Virus record (IMG/VR): IMGVR_UViG_3300035675_000004
Coordinates: 36,943-100,942 of that record
Origin: a virus
Reading direction: 5' to 3' (one strand)
Length of the DNA: 64,000 nt
Position numbers and translations under genes: made by a program. This document shows positions 17,668 through 26,715 of the stretch, one piece after another. The notes beneath the pieces are model-generated. The model ran no database searches and was not told where the DNA came from. It saw only the letters and a list, made by a program, of their open reading frames with translations. Positions within the stretch are counted from its first letter, which is position 1. Each line of letters opens with the position of its first letter.

Positions 17668-17916
17668 ATGAAAAAGATAAGCGAGCTGATGGAAAAATAT
17701 CTTATTGAGGAAAAAAAGGAAATGCCGGCTATTATCTGGAAGAAAGAGAACAAGAAAGGAATGCTGAGCAAGCTCAAGAATATGAAAGCCAAGGGATTCA
17801 AGACAGTGAGAATACATTCTGATAGTAGAGATCCTTATGGTTATACAAAATCTATCGCTGCTGCTATAAAAGACCTTGAGGCGTCAGTTGAAAAAGAAAG
17901 GACAAAGAAAAAATAA
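17668..17916 (+). CDS. Putative internal head protein (leader MKKISELMEKYLIE), basic
   Basis: Leader nearly identical to ORF 101. Confidence 0.7.
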   Translation: MKKISELMEKYLIEEKKEMPAIIWKKENKKGMLSKLKNMKAKGFKTVRIHSDSRDPYGYTKSIAAAIKDLEASVEKERTKKK

Positions 17917-18735
17917 ATGGCAGATAGAACATACTACTTTTACAAAGCAATAAGAAAGACCATCATACAGTTTCTCGACCTGTTCACGAACATTTTGGTG
18001 GCAAGATATGACAATGACGGTAACATTGTCAAAACTGTAGAAGTTCCTGTAAAATTCGGGCCAAAGGAAAAAGCATACTACTGGATAAAAGAATACTCTA
18101 CAGAAGAAAAACTGCCGATGATATCCGTAGTCATACAGGGTATTGACTTTGACAGTGCCAGAATGGCTAACAGGAATACAGATGTTGTCATAGCGGTAGA
18201 CAGAGAAACTTTTAGACAGACACAATATCCAAGTCCCGTTCCATACACCATCACATTTGGTGTTACAATATGGGCGCTTCATATGGTCGATATCGATCAA
18301 ATTTTGGAGCAGATACTTCCATATTTCACGCCTCATATCGTTATGAGGATTACCATACCTGAATTAGAAACAACGATAGATGTAAAGGTGGTTTTCCAGA
18401 GTGCTATACCAGATATTCCCGAAGATTGGGGAGAGCAGGAATGGAGAGTAGTAAGATGGACATTACAATTTGCCGTCCAGACTTATCTATTCAAAGCGGC
18501 AGAGGTTGATGCCAGTGGAGAAGCAGGGGTCGATGTTATCAAGAAAACCATTGCCAATGTCTATACAGACGAAGATAAGTTTGAAGCCAGAGATACAGAA
18601 ACATTGATGCTGACCGCCTCGCCGCCATTGAGCGGCGGTATGGACGAGATAGTATACACCGAAGCTCTTGGTTATGATGAGACAGCCGGCATACTGTTAT
18701 ATTACGAAATATTCTCTAATGAGAGGACGGACTAA
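17917..18735 (+). CDS. gp15: Tail sheath stabilizer/terminator (gp15-like)
   Basis: YFY..IRKTII.F..LF.NI...VPVKFGPKEK...PVPY...QILEQILPYFTP. Confidence 0.92.
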   Translation: MADRTYYFYKAIRKTIIQFLDLFTNILVARYDNDGNIVKTVEVPVKFGPKEKAYYWIKEYSTEEKLPMISVVIQGIDFDSARMANRNTDVVIAVDRETFRQTQYPSPVPYTITFGVTIWALHMVDIDQILEQILPYFTPHIVMRITIPELETTIDVKVVFQSAIPDIPEDWGEQEWRVVRWTLQFAVQTYLFKAAEVDASGEAGVDVIKKTIANVYTDEDKFEARDTETLMLTASPPLSGGMDEIVYTEALGYDETAGILLYYEIFSNERTD

Positions 18736-19238
18736 TGGCCGTAGCAACTGTAATAAGTAAATCAAATCCAACCAATTTTGAACTGGCTATACCGATACTT
18801 CCATCGGAAACAACCTTGGCTGCCACAGCTGAATTGAAGTTGAACATATACGGAACAATCATTCCCAGTATGACCCTTGAGGATGCGGAAGCTGCATATC
18901 AGGCAGGCAAGATTAGGTTTCAATCAGGAAAACTACAATTTGATCCGTGGACGGTCAATTTTATGGTGGACTCCGAGCTGAGGAACTGGAAGGTCTTAGC
19001 AAATTGGATATTTTACATAAATAATAATAAGGATGTTATGGGTCAGGCTCCCGATGACTCCGTGATCGACGCAACCCTCAGAATAATGGACAATTTTAAC
19101 GCAAGTATTCTCACGGTTACATTTAAAAATATGTGGATACAATCACTGGGAGAAGTTTCTATGTCAACGAGAGAAGGAGAGAGCACACTGGAAAGTAATG
19201 CTACTTTTCTTTATGACAGATACGAGATTAATTATTGA
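18735..19238 (+). CDS. gp3: Tail tube terminator (gp3-like)
   Basis: NPTNFEL, KLQFDPWTVNFMVDSELRNW, DATL, ATFLY. Confidence 0.8.
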   Translation: MAVATVISKSNPTNFELAIPILPSETTLAATAELKLNIYGTIIPSMTLEDAEAAYQAGKIRFQSGKLQFDPWTVNFMVDSELRNWKVLANWIFYINNNKDVMGQAPDDSVIDATLRIMDNFNASILTVTFKNMWIQSLGEVSMSTREGESTLESNATFLYDRYEINY

Positions 19239-19247
19239 TAAAAATCG

Positions 19248-19264
19248 TATAAATAATATAAATA
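19248..19264 (+). promoter_or_regulatory. Two tandem late promoters
   Basis: TATAAATA at 19248-19255 and 19257-19264 upstream of gp18. Confidence 0.85.
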
Positions 19265-19306
19265 GATATTGAGGGAACGAATATCTCTACTGGAGGAATA
19301 TAGAAA

Positions 19307-21028
19307 ATGGCATTTTATCTTAGCCCATTGGTTGATGTTAATGAGATAGATTTGACTACTACTGTGCCCGCTGTAGCTACATCTATCGGTGTTATTGTTT
19401 TGAGGGATACCTACAAGGGGCCCGAAAAACCACATAAACAGCTAATCACGACGGTCAACGATCTTATTGACACATTTGGAAAACCAACAAGCACAGCAAA
19501 TTGTTATCAGGATATGCTTGCCGCAACAGGATATCTGAGATATGGTAACGCTCTTTATTGCACAAGAGCAATGCCTGTATCAGCTACCTTTGCTGGAACG
19601 AAAGCAGCCAGCGGTGCTATAAGCACATTCACAGCATTTACGACAGCTGATGCCTATAAACTATCAGATTTTACAAGTGGTGATCCTGATGAATTTGATG
19701 ATGAAGTAACTGTTTCGGGTACATTCCCATTCTATATCATCGCTAATTCAAGAGGAGCATGGGGAAATAATATCAGGATAGCCGTGATAGACTATACCAC
19801 TTATAACGAAATCTCATCCGGCGGCCATTCAGATTGGACAACATACGAAGCTCTTGCAGCCGTTGACAGTCCGCTTACAGACACTAAAGATTTCTTGATC
19901 CTTGTGCAAGCAATGGAACAGAGTGAAACATCATATACCACGAAGGAAGTCTGGAATGTATCTACCGTCGAAGCAAGACTTGATGATTCCGGTGTCGCAA
20001 AATATGCACCGATTGTAATCAATCAGCAAAGCTCATATATTAGAATTGCTATGAATGATGCTGTAATCGACGGTGCTATTACGATTTCTACAAGTGCATG
20101 GCAGACATTTGGTGGTGGACAGGATAACAATGGTGACAGCGTATTGGATGCAACCATCGAGCAATCACTTGATTTGTATTCCAACGCCGAAGAAATTGAT
20201 GTAAATCTTTTCATCGACGCTAACAAATCAACCACCGTAAAAAGCTATATGGTTACTCTTTGTGAAACCAGAAAAGATTCCGTCGCTATTCTTGATTGTC
20301 TGTATGGTGATGCCGTCAACAACAGCGGCAACGAAGCAACAGATATCAGGAATTATAGACTTAACACACTAAACGAAAATACAAGCTACGCTTCTCTTTA
20401 CGCAAACTGGCTTGAAGTTTATGACAAGTGGAATGGAAAATACAGATGGATCCCAGCATCAGGACACGTCGCTGGTGTCTATGCAAACACAGACAATATT
20501 TCAGACCCGTGGTTCGCACCAGCCGGTCTTAACAGAGCCCTTCTTGGTAATGTAAGGAGATTGGCTTGGAACCCAACATTGGGCGAAAGGGATATTCTAT
20601 ATAAGAATGGTATCAATCCTATCGTATCCTTTGCTGGACAGGGCAAGGTTGTATGGGGTCAGAAAACACTGCTTAATAAAGAATCAGCATTCAATAGAAT
20701 CAATGTAAGAAGGCTCTTTATGGTTCTTGAGAAAGCTATCAGCACAGCGTGCAGATACTTCCTCTTTGAGCCAAATGACGATCTTACAAGACTTCTTCTG
20801 ATTAATATGATTGAGCCGTTCTTGAGAGATGTAAGGTCACGAAGGGGTATCTATGAGTATCTTCTTATATGTGATTCTTCAAACAACACAGCTGAAAGAA
20901 TCGACAGAAATGAACTGTGGTGTGACATTTACATTAAGCCCGTAAGGTCAGCAGAATATATTGTTCTGAACTTTGTGGCCACAAAAACAGGCGCGTCATT
21001 TACAGAATTGACTGGCGCTGGAGCATAA
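19307..21028 (+). CDS. gp18: Tail sheath protein
   Basis: LSP.V.V.EIDLT, PWFAPAGLNR, RDILYKNGINPI, FNRINVRRLF, FEPND. Confidence 0.96.
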   Translation: MAFYLSPLVDVNEIDLTTTVPAVATSIGVIVLRDTYKGPEKPHKQLITTVNDLIDTFGKPTSTANCYQDMLAATGYLRYGNALYCTRAMPVSATFAGTKAASGAISTFTAFTTADAYKLSDFTSGDPDEFDDEVTVSGTFPFYIIANSRGAWGNNIRIAVIDYTTYNEISSGGHSDWTTYEALAAVDSPLTDTKDFLILVQAMEQSETSYTTKEVWNVSTVEARLDDSGVAKYAPIVINQQSSYIRIAMNDAVIDGAITISTSAWQTFGGGQDNNGDSVLDATIEQSLDLYSNAEEIDVNLFIDANKSTTVKSYMVTLCETRKDSVAILDCLYGDAVNNSGNEATDIRNYRLNTLNENTSYASLYANWLEVYDKWNGKYRWIPASGHVAGVYANTDNISDPWFAPAGLNRALLGNVRRLAWNPTLGERDILYKNGINPIVSFAGQGKVVWGQKTLLNKESAFNRINVRRLFMVLEKAISTACRYFLFEPNDDLTRLLLINMIEPFLRDVRSRRGIYEYLLICDSSNNTAERIDRNELWCDIYIKPVRSAEYIVLNFVATKTGASFTELTGAGA

Positions 21029-21049
21029 ATAACAAGAGAGGTATAAACA

Positions 21050-21592
21050 ATGCCAAGATTTAACATAGACAGTTTCAGAGCACAATTTCAAGGTGGCGCA
21101 AGAGCCTATCTGTTTTATATGAAGCCAGGATTTCCAGCCTCTGTTCCAATAGATGTGGAAAAGACAGTTTACCTTGTAAGGTCTACTACTGTTCCTGATC
21201 AATCAATAGACGAAATTCCGTTGAACTGGCAGGGTCACGAATATAAGATTCCGGGCAAATATACATACACTGATTGGACTTGCACCTTTTATTTGGACAT
21301 TGATGCAAAAGTGCAAGAAGCATATTACAACTGGCAGAGACAGATACACGATCCGACAACGAACATCTACGCTGATGTGCCCTCTATCTTAGCAGATCAG
21401 TCGATGGAACTTCTCAGTTACACCGGCGATCCTATCGCAAGATATAAATTGGTGGGTGCTTGGCCGAAGATGATTGGCCAGATTTCATTGGATTACATGA
21501 ATAACGAAGTTGCAACATTCGATGTAACTTTCGCATATGTGTATCATGTTATGGATAAAATTAAATATGGTAATACACCGACATTTGGATAA
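21050..21592 (+). CDS. gp19: Tail tube protein
   Basis: GGAR.YLF, KIPGKYTYTDWTCTF, GAWP, FDVTFAY; follows sheath; CATAAATA at 21024-21031. Confidence 0.9.
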   Translation: MPRFNIDSFRAQFQGGARAYLFYMKPGFPASVPIDVEKTVYLVRSTTVPDQSIDEIPLNWQGHEYKIPGKYTYTDWTCTFYLDIDAKVQEAYYNWQRQIHDPTTNIYADVPSILADQSMELLSYTGDPIARYKLVGAWPKMIGQISLDYMNNEVATFDVTFAYVYHVMDKIKYGNTPTFG

Positions 21593-21651
21593 TAGGTTTT
21601 AGTTTCCTATATTCCAATGTACCACGCTTAGCAGAGAGCTAATGGACTTGT

Positions 21652-21687
21652 AAAAAGGGGTCTGAAGGGTACTTCAGGCCCCTTTTT
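21652..21687 (+). terminator. Intrinsic terminator after gp19
   Basis: AAAAAGGGGTCTGAAG-GGTA-CTTCAGGCCCCTTTTT. Confidence 0.85.
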
Positions 21688-21702
21688 CATTTGGAGAATA
21701 CG

Positions 21703-22440
21703 ATGCCTAAATTCAGTTTTGACATAGACACTTATAAAACAAGATTTGATGGTGGATTAAAACAATACTTGTTTTTCGTCCTGATGAATTTTCCTAACTT
21801 TACCAATATAGGAAAAGGTTCATCTAAAATAACTTCGCCGGATAATAGTGCGGCGGTAGGAGGATTTATAGGTTCATCTACACAGCAGAATTATCAAGAG
21901 ATGTTAAAACAGAATTTGGAAACTGGTATTAAAATGGCTCTTACGACATTTGGTATGAATGCCGCAAGAGATTTTTATCCGTATTTTGTAAGGTCAACCA
22001 GTTTACCTTCAAGTAACTTTGAAGAAATACCAATACCCTATCAAATAACAGATTATAAATTGCCCGGAAGACGAACATTTGATGATTGGACGATAACATT
22101 CAATATAGATGCTAAAGGAGAAATTCTACAAAGATTTCTTGCGTGGCACGATGGTATACTTAATATGGATACGGGTGACCGCCGTGTATGGAAGGATGTT
22201 GTGGTGGATCAACAGCTTCATCTTCTTGATTATACCGGAGAGACTATGCTAGCATATACTCTTGTGGATGCGTGGCCGAAAACTATTGGACAGGTAGGGT
22301 TTGATTATGGATCTGAAGATATTGCAACAGTGGATATAACTTTTTCATACAGATACTATACTGTAAAACCGACGGAAACCGCATTTATTCTCTCTGAAAC
22401 TATGAAGCGCGGTATCAATAGAGTATTGAGGAGGTTCTAA
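21703..22440 (+). CDS. Tail-tube-fold protein (gp19/gp54-like) with insertion
   Basis: STSLP, GRRTFDDWTITF, DAWP, DITFSY; GGAG RBS before ATG 21703. Confidence 0.8.
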   Translation: MPKFSFDIDTYKTRFDGGLKQYLFFVLMNFPNFTNIGKGSSKITSPDNSAAVGGFIGSSTQQNYQEMLKQNLETGIKMALTTFGMNAARDFYPYFVRSTSLPSSNFEEIPIPYQITDYKLPGRRTFDDWTITFNIDAKGEILQRFLAWHDGILNMDTGDRRVWKDVVVDQQLHLLDYTGETMLAYTLVDAWPKTIGQVGFDYGSEDIATVDITFSYRYYTVKPTETAFILSETMKRGINRVLRRF

Positions 22441-23219
22441 TGAAAGCCCCATTTAGTATAGATGAATATAGAGCAAATATGGATGGCGGACAAAAGGCCC
22501 ACAGTTTTTATATTAGATTGAATTGGCCGGGTTGGACACAGGTATTAGAAGGTGGCCTTATGGGAGGATTGAAACAAGTTAATCCCGGAATGGATTTAGG
22601 AAGCCCGGAAGCCATACAACAAGTTGGAAGGGGAGCATCGGAGCTGGCCATTCCCGCCGCGGCCAATATTGCGGGGATGAATAATGATACAAAGAAATGG
22701 GCCTATTATGTAAAATCTACACAGTTGCCATCATCTACATTTGGTGAACAGCAAACACATTGGATGGGCTCAACATTCAGAGCTGCCGGCAAGCAAACAT
22801 TTGATGATTGGTCTGTAACATTTTATCTTGACCAAAGGGGCGAGTTTGTAAGGAAAATCAGGGAATGGCACGATTTGATGCACGACCCACAGACAAACAT
22901 AGTTTCAAGACCTATTGATTATATGGTCGATCAAGAGGCACACCTTTTGGATAATACAGGCCAGACCGTCGCCGTGTATAAATTTTACGGCGCGTGGCCC
23001 AGATCCATTGGTGGTATTGGATTGAGTTATGATGATAACAGTATAGCCACGACTGATATAACTTTTGCTTTTCAGTATTTTATGGTTTACGAACAGGAAG
23101 AAGGCACTCTCAAAAAGTATCTCAAGCAGGGTGCGAGAAGTGTGGTTTCTCAGGGTGCTGAGAGCGCAGTAGGAATAATACCAAATACTTTCCCGGTATT
23201 AAGGTGGAAAGCGACATAA
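22440..23219 (+). CDS. Second tail-tube-fold protein (gp19/gp54-like) with insertion
   Basis: STQLP, AGKQTFDDWSVTF, GAWP, DITFAF. Confidence 0.8.
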   Translation: MKAPFSIDEYRANMDGGQKAHSFYIRLNWPGWTQVLEGGLMGGLKQVNPGMDLGSPEAIQQVGRGASELAIPAAANIAGMNNDTKKWAYYVKSTQLPSSTFGEQQTHWMGSTFRAAGKQTFDDWSVTFYLDQRGEFVRKIREWHDLMHDPQTNIVSRPIDYMVDQEAHLLDNTGQTVAVYKFYGAWPRSIGGIGLSYDDNSIATTDITFAFQYFMVYEQEEGTLKKYLKQGARSVVSQGAESAVGIIPNTFPVLRWKAT

Positions 23220-23234
23220 GGAGGATGTGATAAT

Positions 23235-24128
23235 ATGTCATTTAAAAATTATCTAAATGTATTTCAATTTGACACGGCGTTGCCCGGTAGTGGTAAGGAA
23301 TTGCAAATCAAGCCTATTACTACAGGACAAATGAAAAGGTTGTTGCTCTATGAGGCAGCAGAAAATCCAGAGAAGATAGAAGAAATTCTTGACACTCTGA
23401 TAAACGAATGTGTAGTCACGAAAGATTTTGATGTGAAGAAATGTTATTTACAGGATAGATTTTTTCTTCTGGTAGAATTGAGGAAGATATCCAAAGGTAA
23501 CTCATATATATATTCTTCGGTTTGTAAGAATACTGACTGTAATTCTCAATTTGTTCAGCAGGTTGATCTTACACAGTTACCACTAAAGACGCTCTCTATA
23601 GAAAAGAGGCTTGCGCTGATGAATGGCGCACCTGAAATTAAGAAGGTAGAGAAGCCTGAAAAACCTGCATCGAAGAAAAAAATAGCAGTGGAAAAAGCAA
23701 AACCAGTGACGGAGACACCTGTTTCTCAAACAGAAGCTTTACCCGAAGCTCCGAAATTGGATAAGTGGAATGTTATTCAACTCAGGGATAACATCGCTGT
23801 AGAGTTGCAACCCCTCACAAGGGAAATGCAGGAAGCTGCTCAGCGTCTTGTGGGAAGTTTGAAAGATGAGATAAAAAAGAGAGTGGAGAGTATTTCATTC
23901 TCAACCGCGATGGGAATAAAGTCTATCATAACACCTGACGGCAGAGAGGACGTGAGTGTAGAAGATAAAGTATTTTTACTTGAAAATCTTACTCAATTTG
24001 AATATGAAAAAATAAACAAATGGTATGAAGAAAACGATTTCGGTATGGAATTTGCATTCACAGCCAAATGTCCTCATTGCGGAACCGAGGAGAGGAGGGA
24101 AATCCCGCTGGAAGATTTTTTCTCCTAA
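23235..24128 (+). CDS. gp26: Baseplate hub assembly chaperone (gp26-like)
   Basis: LPGSGKELQIKP, DRFFLLVELRKISKG, CPHCG, ends LEDFFS as in gp26 homologs. Confidence 0.85.
   Translation: MSFKNYLNVFQFDTALPGSGKELQIKPITTGQMKRLLLYEAAENPEKIEEILDTLINECVVTKDFDVKKCYLQDRFFLLVELRKISKGNSYIYSSVCKNTDCNSQFVQQVDLTQLPLKTLSIEKRLALMNGAPEIKKVEKPEKPASKKKIAVEKAKPVTETPVSQTEALPEAPKLDKWNVIQLRDNIAVELQPLTREMQEAAQRLVGSLKDEIKKRVESISFSTAMGIKSIITPDGREDVSVEDKVFLLENLTQFEYEKINKWYEENDFGMEFAFTAKCPHCGTEERREIPLEDFFS
24116..24122 (+). other. Candidate -1 programmed frameshift heptamer T TTT TTC
   Basis: GAA GAT TTT TTC TCC TAA; the -1 frame continues FFLLIHIV... into the gp51-like sequence. Confidence 0.65.
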
Positions 24129-24337
24129 TCCACATAGTGTGTTCTGGTCTCAGTATTGAAAGTATAACTGAAGATCAATTTGTTTTATCGAGTAGAGCGG
24201 GCATCAGCCTGCAGGAGAGCACACTATTACCAGACTTTGAGCGTGAGGCATATGTGGGTCTGGTAATGAGGGATATGAAGCAGAAAGCCGAGTCAGCGAA
24301 GGATAATTTAGCGATTGCAAAGATGAATGTAAAGTAA
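24116..24337 (+). CDS. gp51: gp51-like baseplate assembly protein, probably made as a gp26-gp51 frameshift extension
   Basis: QFVLSSRAGISLQESTLLPDFEREAYVGLV resembles gp51 (NF.LMQHH..SL.E.E.M.PWER.IYV); ATG 24068 has no RBS. Confidence 0.7.
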   Translation, partial: FFLLIHIVCSGLSIESITEDQFVLSSRAGISLQESTLLPDFEREAYVGLVMRDMKQKAESAKDNLAIAKMNVK

Positions 24338-24347
24338 TGGAGTAAAA

Positions 24348-26702
24348 ATGGCTACACCAAATATACCACAAGTTCCTTTATATGCCTTGAAAGAATTGCC
24401 TGAACTCAGGAAGGTGGGTCAGTCTCTTGTTGATTCATTCAAGGATATCGACAAAAAGATTGGTAAAGAAATCGAAAAACTGCAAGACCAGCAGTTGAAA
24501 GCTGAGATTGATCTTCGCAAAGCTGAGGAGAAATCTGATAAAGTTTCTGCCAAAAAGTTACAGGATACTATTCGACAACTTTCCACGCAGATAAAAACAA
24601 CCAGATATACTGAATCTAAATTGTTGGCTAAGTCAATCGACCCCGGCCGTATGTTGACGGGATTTGAAAGATTTATTGACAGATGGTTTGCAAAGTATGA
24701 AAGAATACGCGTTGCCCCAGCAAAAGCAATGGGTATAGAACCACCGATGATAAAGGCTTGGTATGATAGGTGGTGGGGCAAAGCTGTTATAAAAATGGGC
24801 GATGTCTGGACGAAGTTTCTTGGCACTAAGTTTATGGATGCTGCCAGAGATTTTTGGGGAAAATTAAAAGATCACGCAAGACAGATGTTTGATGAGATTC
24901 TCGGCCCTCTTGCAAAGTATGTTGATTTGGCTATGGCCGGGTTAAAAGCTGGTTATGCTGCTATTAGAAATGTTGGTGAACTGATTGGTATATTCAGGAA
25001 GGGCCCGTCAAAACCACCAGAGGATAGAACAGCAGATGCTACGGAGGAAACAGTAGAAAAACTGGACGAGATTAAAGATGGGCTCGCTGGTGGCTGGGAG
25101 AGAAAGGGTGCACAGGAAACAACCGAAGTCAAGAAAGAAATTATAAAATCTGGCAAAGAAGGTAAAAAGTGGTGGATGAGCGCATTACTATTTTTAGGTG
25201 GATTAGCATCTTCACTCATATCTATACCGATGAGAATTGCTGGTGCACTTGGAGATTGGTTACTTAGGAGAGGACTTATCTCAGCGGTTCCATCAATACT
25301 CCGTAAAAATCAGCCGGCGCCAGGGGAGAAAACTGAGAAAACAGGAAAAGGTGGATCTAAAACAGCTGGTGCTGGTGGTGCTGGAGCACTGGCTACTGCT
25401 GGTGGAAAAACTGCTGGTGAAGCAGCTAAAAAAGCGCCATGGTATAAAAGAGCTGCAACAAAAGGTTTAAGGATCGCTAAGGGTAGCCCATTAGGCAAAG
25501 CGCCTGTGGTTGGAGGTCTTATTTCAGGTGGTCTTGAATATTTGGAATCCGGATCGCTTGCTAGAGCTACTGGTCGTGGAGGGGCTACAGCACTTGGTGT
25601 ACTTTTGGGAGCGCCGTTAGGGCCGTGGGGCATGGCAATAGGCGGCATTGCTATGGATTATTTTTTGGGTGACAAAGCTGCGGATTGGGCAGAAGAAACA
25701 AGAGATAAAATTAAGGACGCGAAGATAGGAATTGAAGCGTTAGACAAGTTGAAGGATTGGTTCTTTGATCAGGAAAGAAAAACGGGTTATCATAGACAAA
25801 AAATAGATAGAGGTGCATTAGATAAGAGATTTGAGGAAAAGGAAAGAGGAGGTCTTTTAGGTTGGTTCGCTGGAATGATATCTATGATTTCTATGGGTAT
25901 GTTAAGCAGAGAGCAGGCCTATGATATGCTGGAAAAGGGATCCGGCGCGGCAAGTGCAGCTATAAATAAAGCATCAAATATGGGGAAAGCTGTCGTTGAA
26001 AAAACCGCAAAAGCATTGGGGGCATCTGAAGCTCATGCTGGAATTATTCCGCCCAGTTCAGCCGGCACAACCGCATCCAGATTGAACAATCCGGGTAACA
26101 TTAAATCACAAACCAATTTTGGCAAGAAACTTATTGCTGCTGGTCGTGCGAAAGATAGTGGAGTTAAAGCATTAGATGGCGGCACATTTTTGATGTTTAA
26201 TTCTCCGGGCGAGGGATGGGGAGCTATGAAAGAAGCTCTCGCGACCCGAAGCGGTGATATGTCAGTTGACAAAAGATTGAGACAATGGAGTGGCGGTGGA
26301 TATGGTGGAGAATTAGTTCCGGGGCTGGCCGGTAGGTCGATAGCCAGCCTTAGTGATTCGGAACTTAATACGCTAATTCAGGCCATGGCGAAAAGAGAAG
26401 GTTACAAGGGTGCGCCGTTGACTGCTGGTGAGTTGTCCAGAGCGCCCGGGGAAGGAGCTGTAGCCCGGACAGGAGCTCTTGAAAATGAGGCGGCCGCCGC
26501 TATTGCAAATATGCAGGCGATGAACGCAGCCAATACAGCCAATGCTGTAAATAATCTTGCGGCAAATACGGCCGGCGTGCTTCCACCGACAGCTATAGGT
26601 GCATCTTCAACACCATCAGGTATCAGTGGACAATACAATCCGCCGGTAGATATAACAGGCGGAATGACATTGAATTATATATTACATAGGAACACGATAT
26701 AG
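24348..26702 (+). CDS. Tape measure-like protein with C-terminal lysozyme-like domain
   Basis: Long helical, Gly/Ala-rich hydrophobic segments; RLNNPGNIK...FNSPGEGW motif; position between gp51 and gp48. Confidence 0.75.
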   Translation: MATPNIPQVPLYALKELPELRKVGQSLVDSFKDIDKKIGKEIEKLQDQQLKAEIDLRKAEEKSDKVSAKKLQDTIRQLSTQIKTTRYTESKLLAKSIDPGRMLTGFERFIDRWFAKYERIRVAPAKAMGIEPPMIKAWYDRWWGKAVIKMGDVWTKFLGTKFMDAARDFWGKLKDHARQMFDEILGPLAKYVDLAMAGLKAGYAAIRNVGELIGIFRKGPSKPPEDRTADATEETVEKLDEIKDGLAGGWERKGAQETTEVKKEIIKSGKEGKKWWMSALLFLGGLASSLISIPMRIAGALGDWLLRRGLISAVPSILRKNQPAPGEKTEKTGKGGSKTAGAGGAGALATAGGKTAGEAAKKAPWYKRAATKGLRIAKGSPLGKAPVVGGLISGGLEYLESGSLARATGRGGATALGVLLGAPLGPWGMAIGGIAMDYFLGDKAADWAEETRDKIKDAKIGIEALDKLKDWFFDQERKTGYHRQKIDRGALDKRFEEKERGGLLGWFAGMISMISMGMLSREQAYDMLEKGSGAASAAINKASNMGKAVVEKTAKALGASEAHAGIIPPSSAGTTASRLNNPGNIKSQTNFGKKLIAAGRAKDSGVKALDGGTFLMFNSPGEGWGAMKEALATRSGDMSVDKRLRQWSGGGYGGELVPGLAGRSIASLSDSELNTLIQAMAKREGYKGAPLTAGELSRAPGEGAVARTGALENEAAAAIANMQAMNAANTANAVNNLAANTAGVLPPTAIGASSTPSGISGQYNPPVDITGGMTLNYILHRNTI

Positions 26703-26715
26703 TTTAGAGGTAAAG

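Noticed and set aside
21593-21650. Short hairpins after gp19 (TTAGC-AGAGA-GCTAA), possible ncRNA
   Set aside because: Stems are too short and match no RNA family I recognise; best read as 3' UTR before the terminator.
24068-24115. ATG 24068 as the gp51 start
   Set aside because: No RBS, and the first 16 codons show no gp51 resemblance; frameshift entry is more plausible, though unproven.
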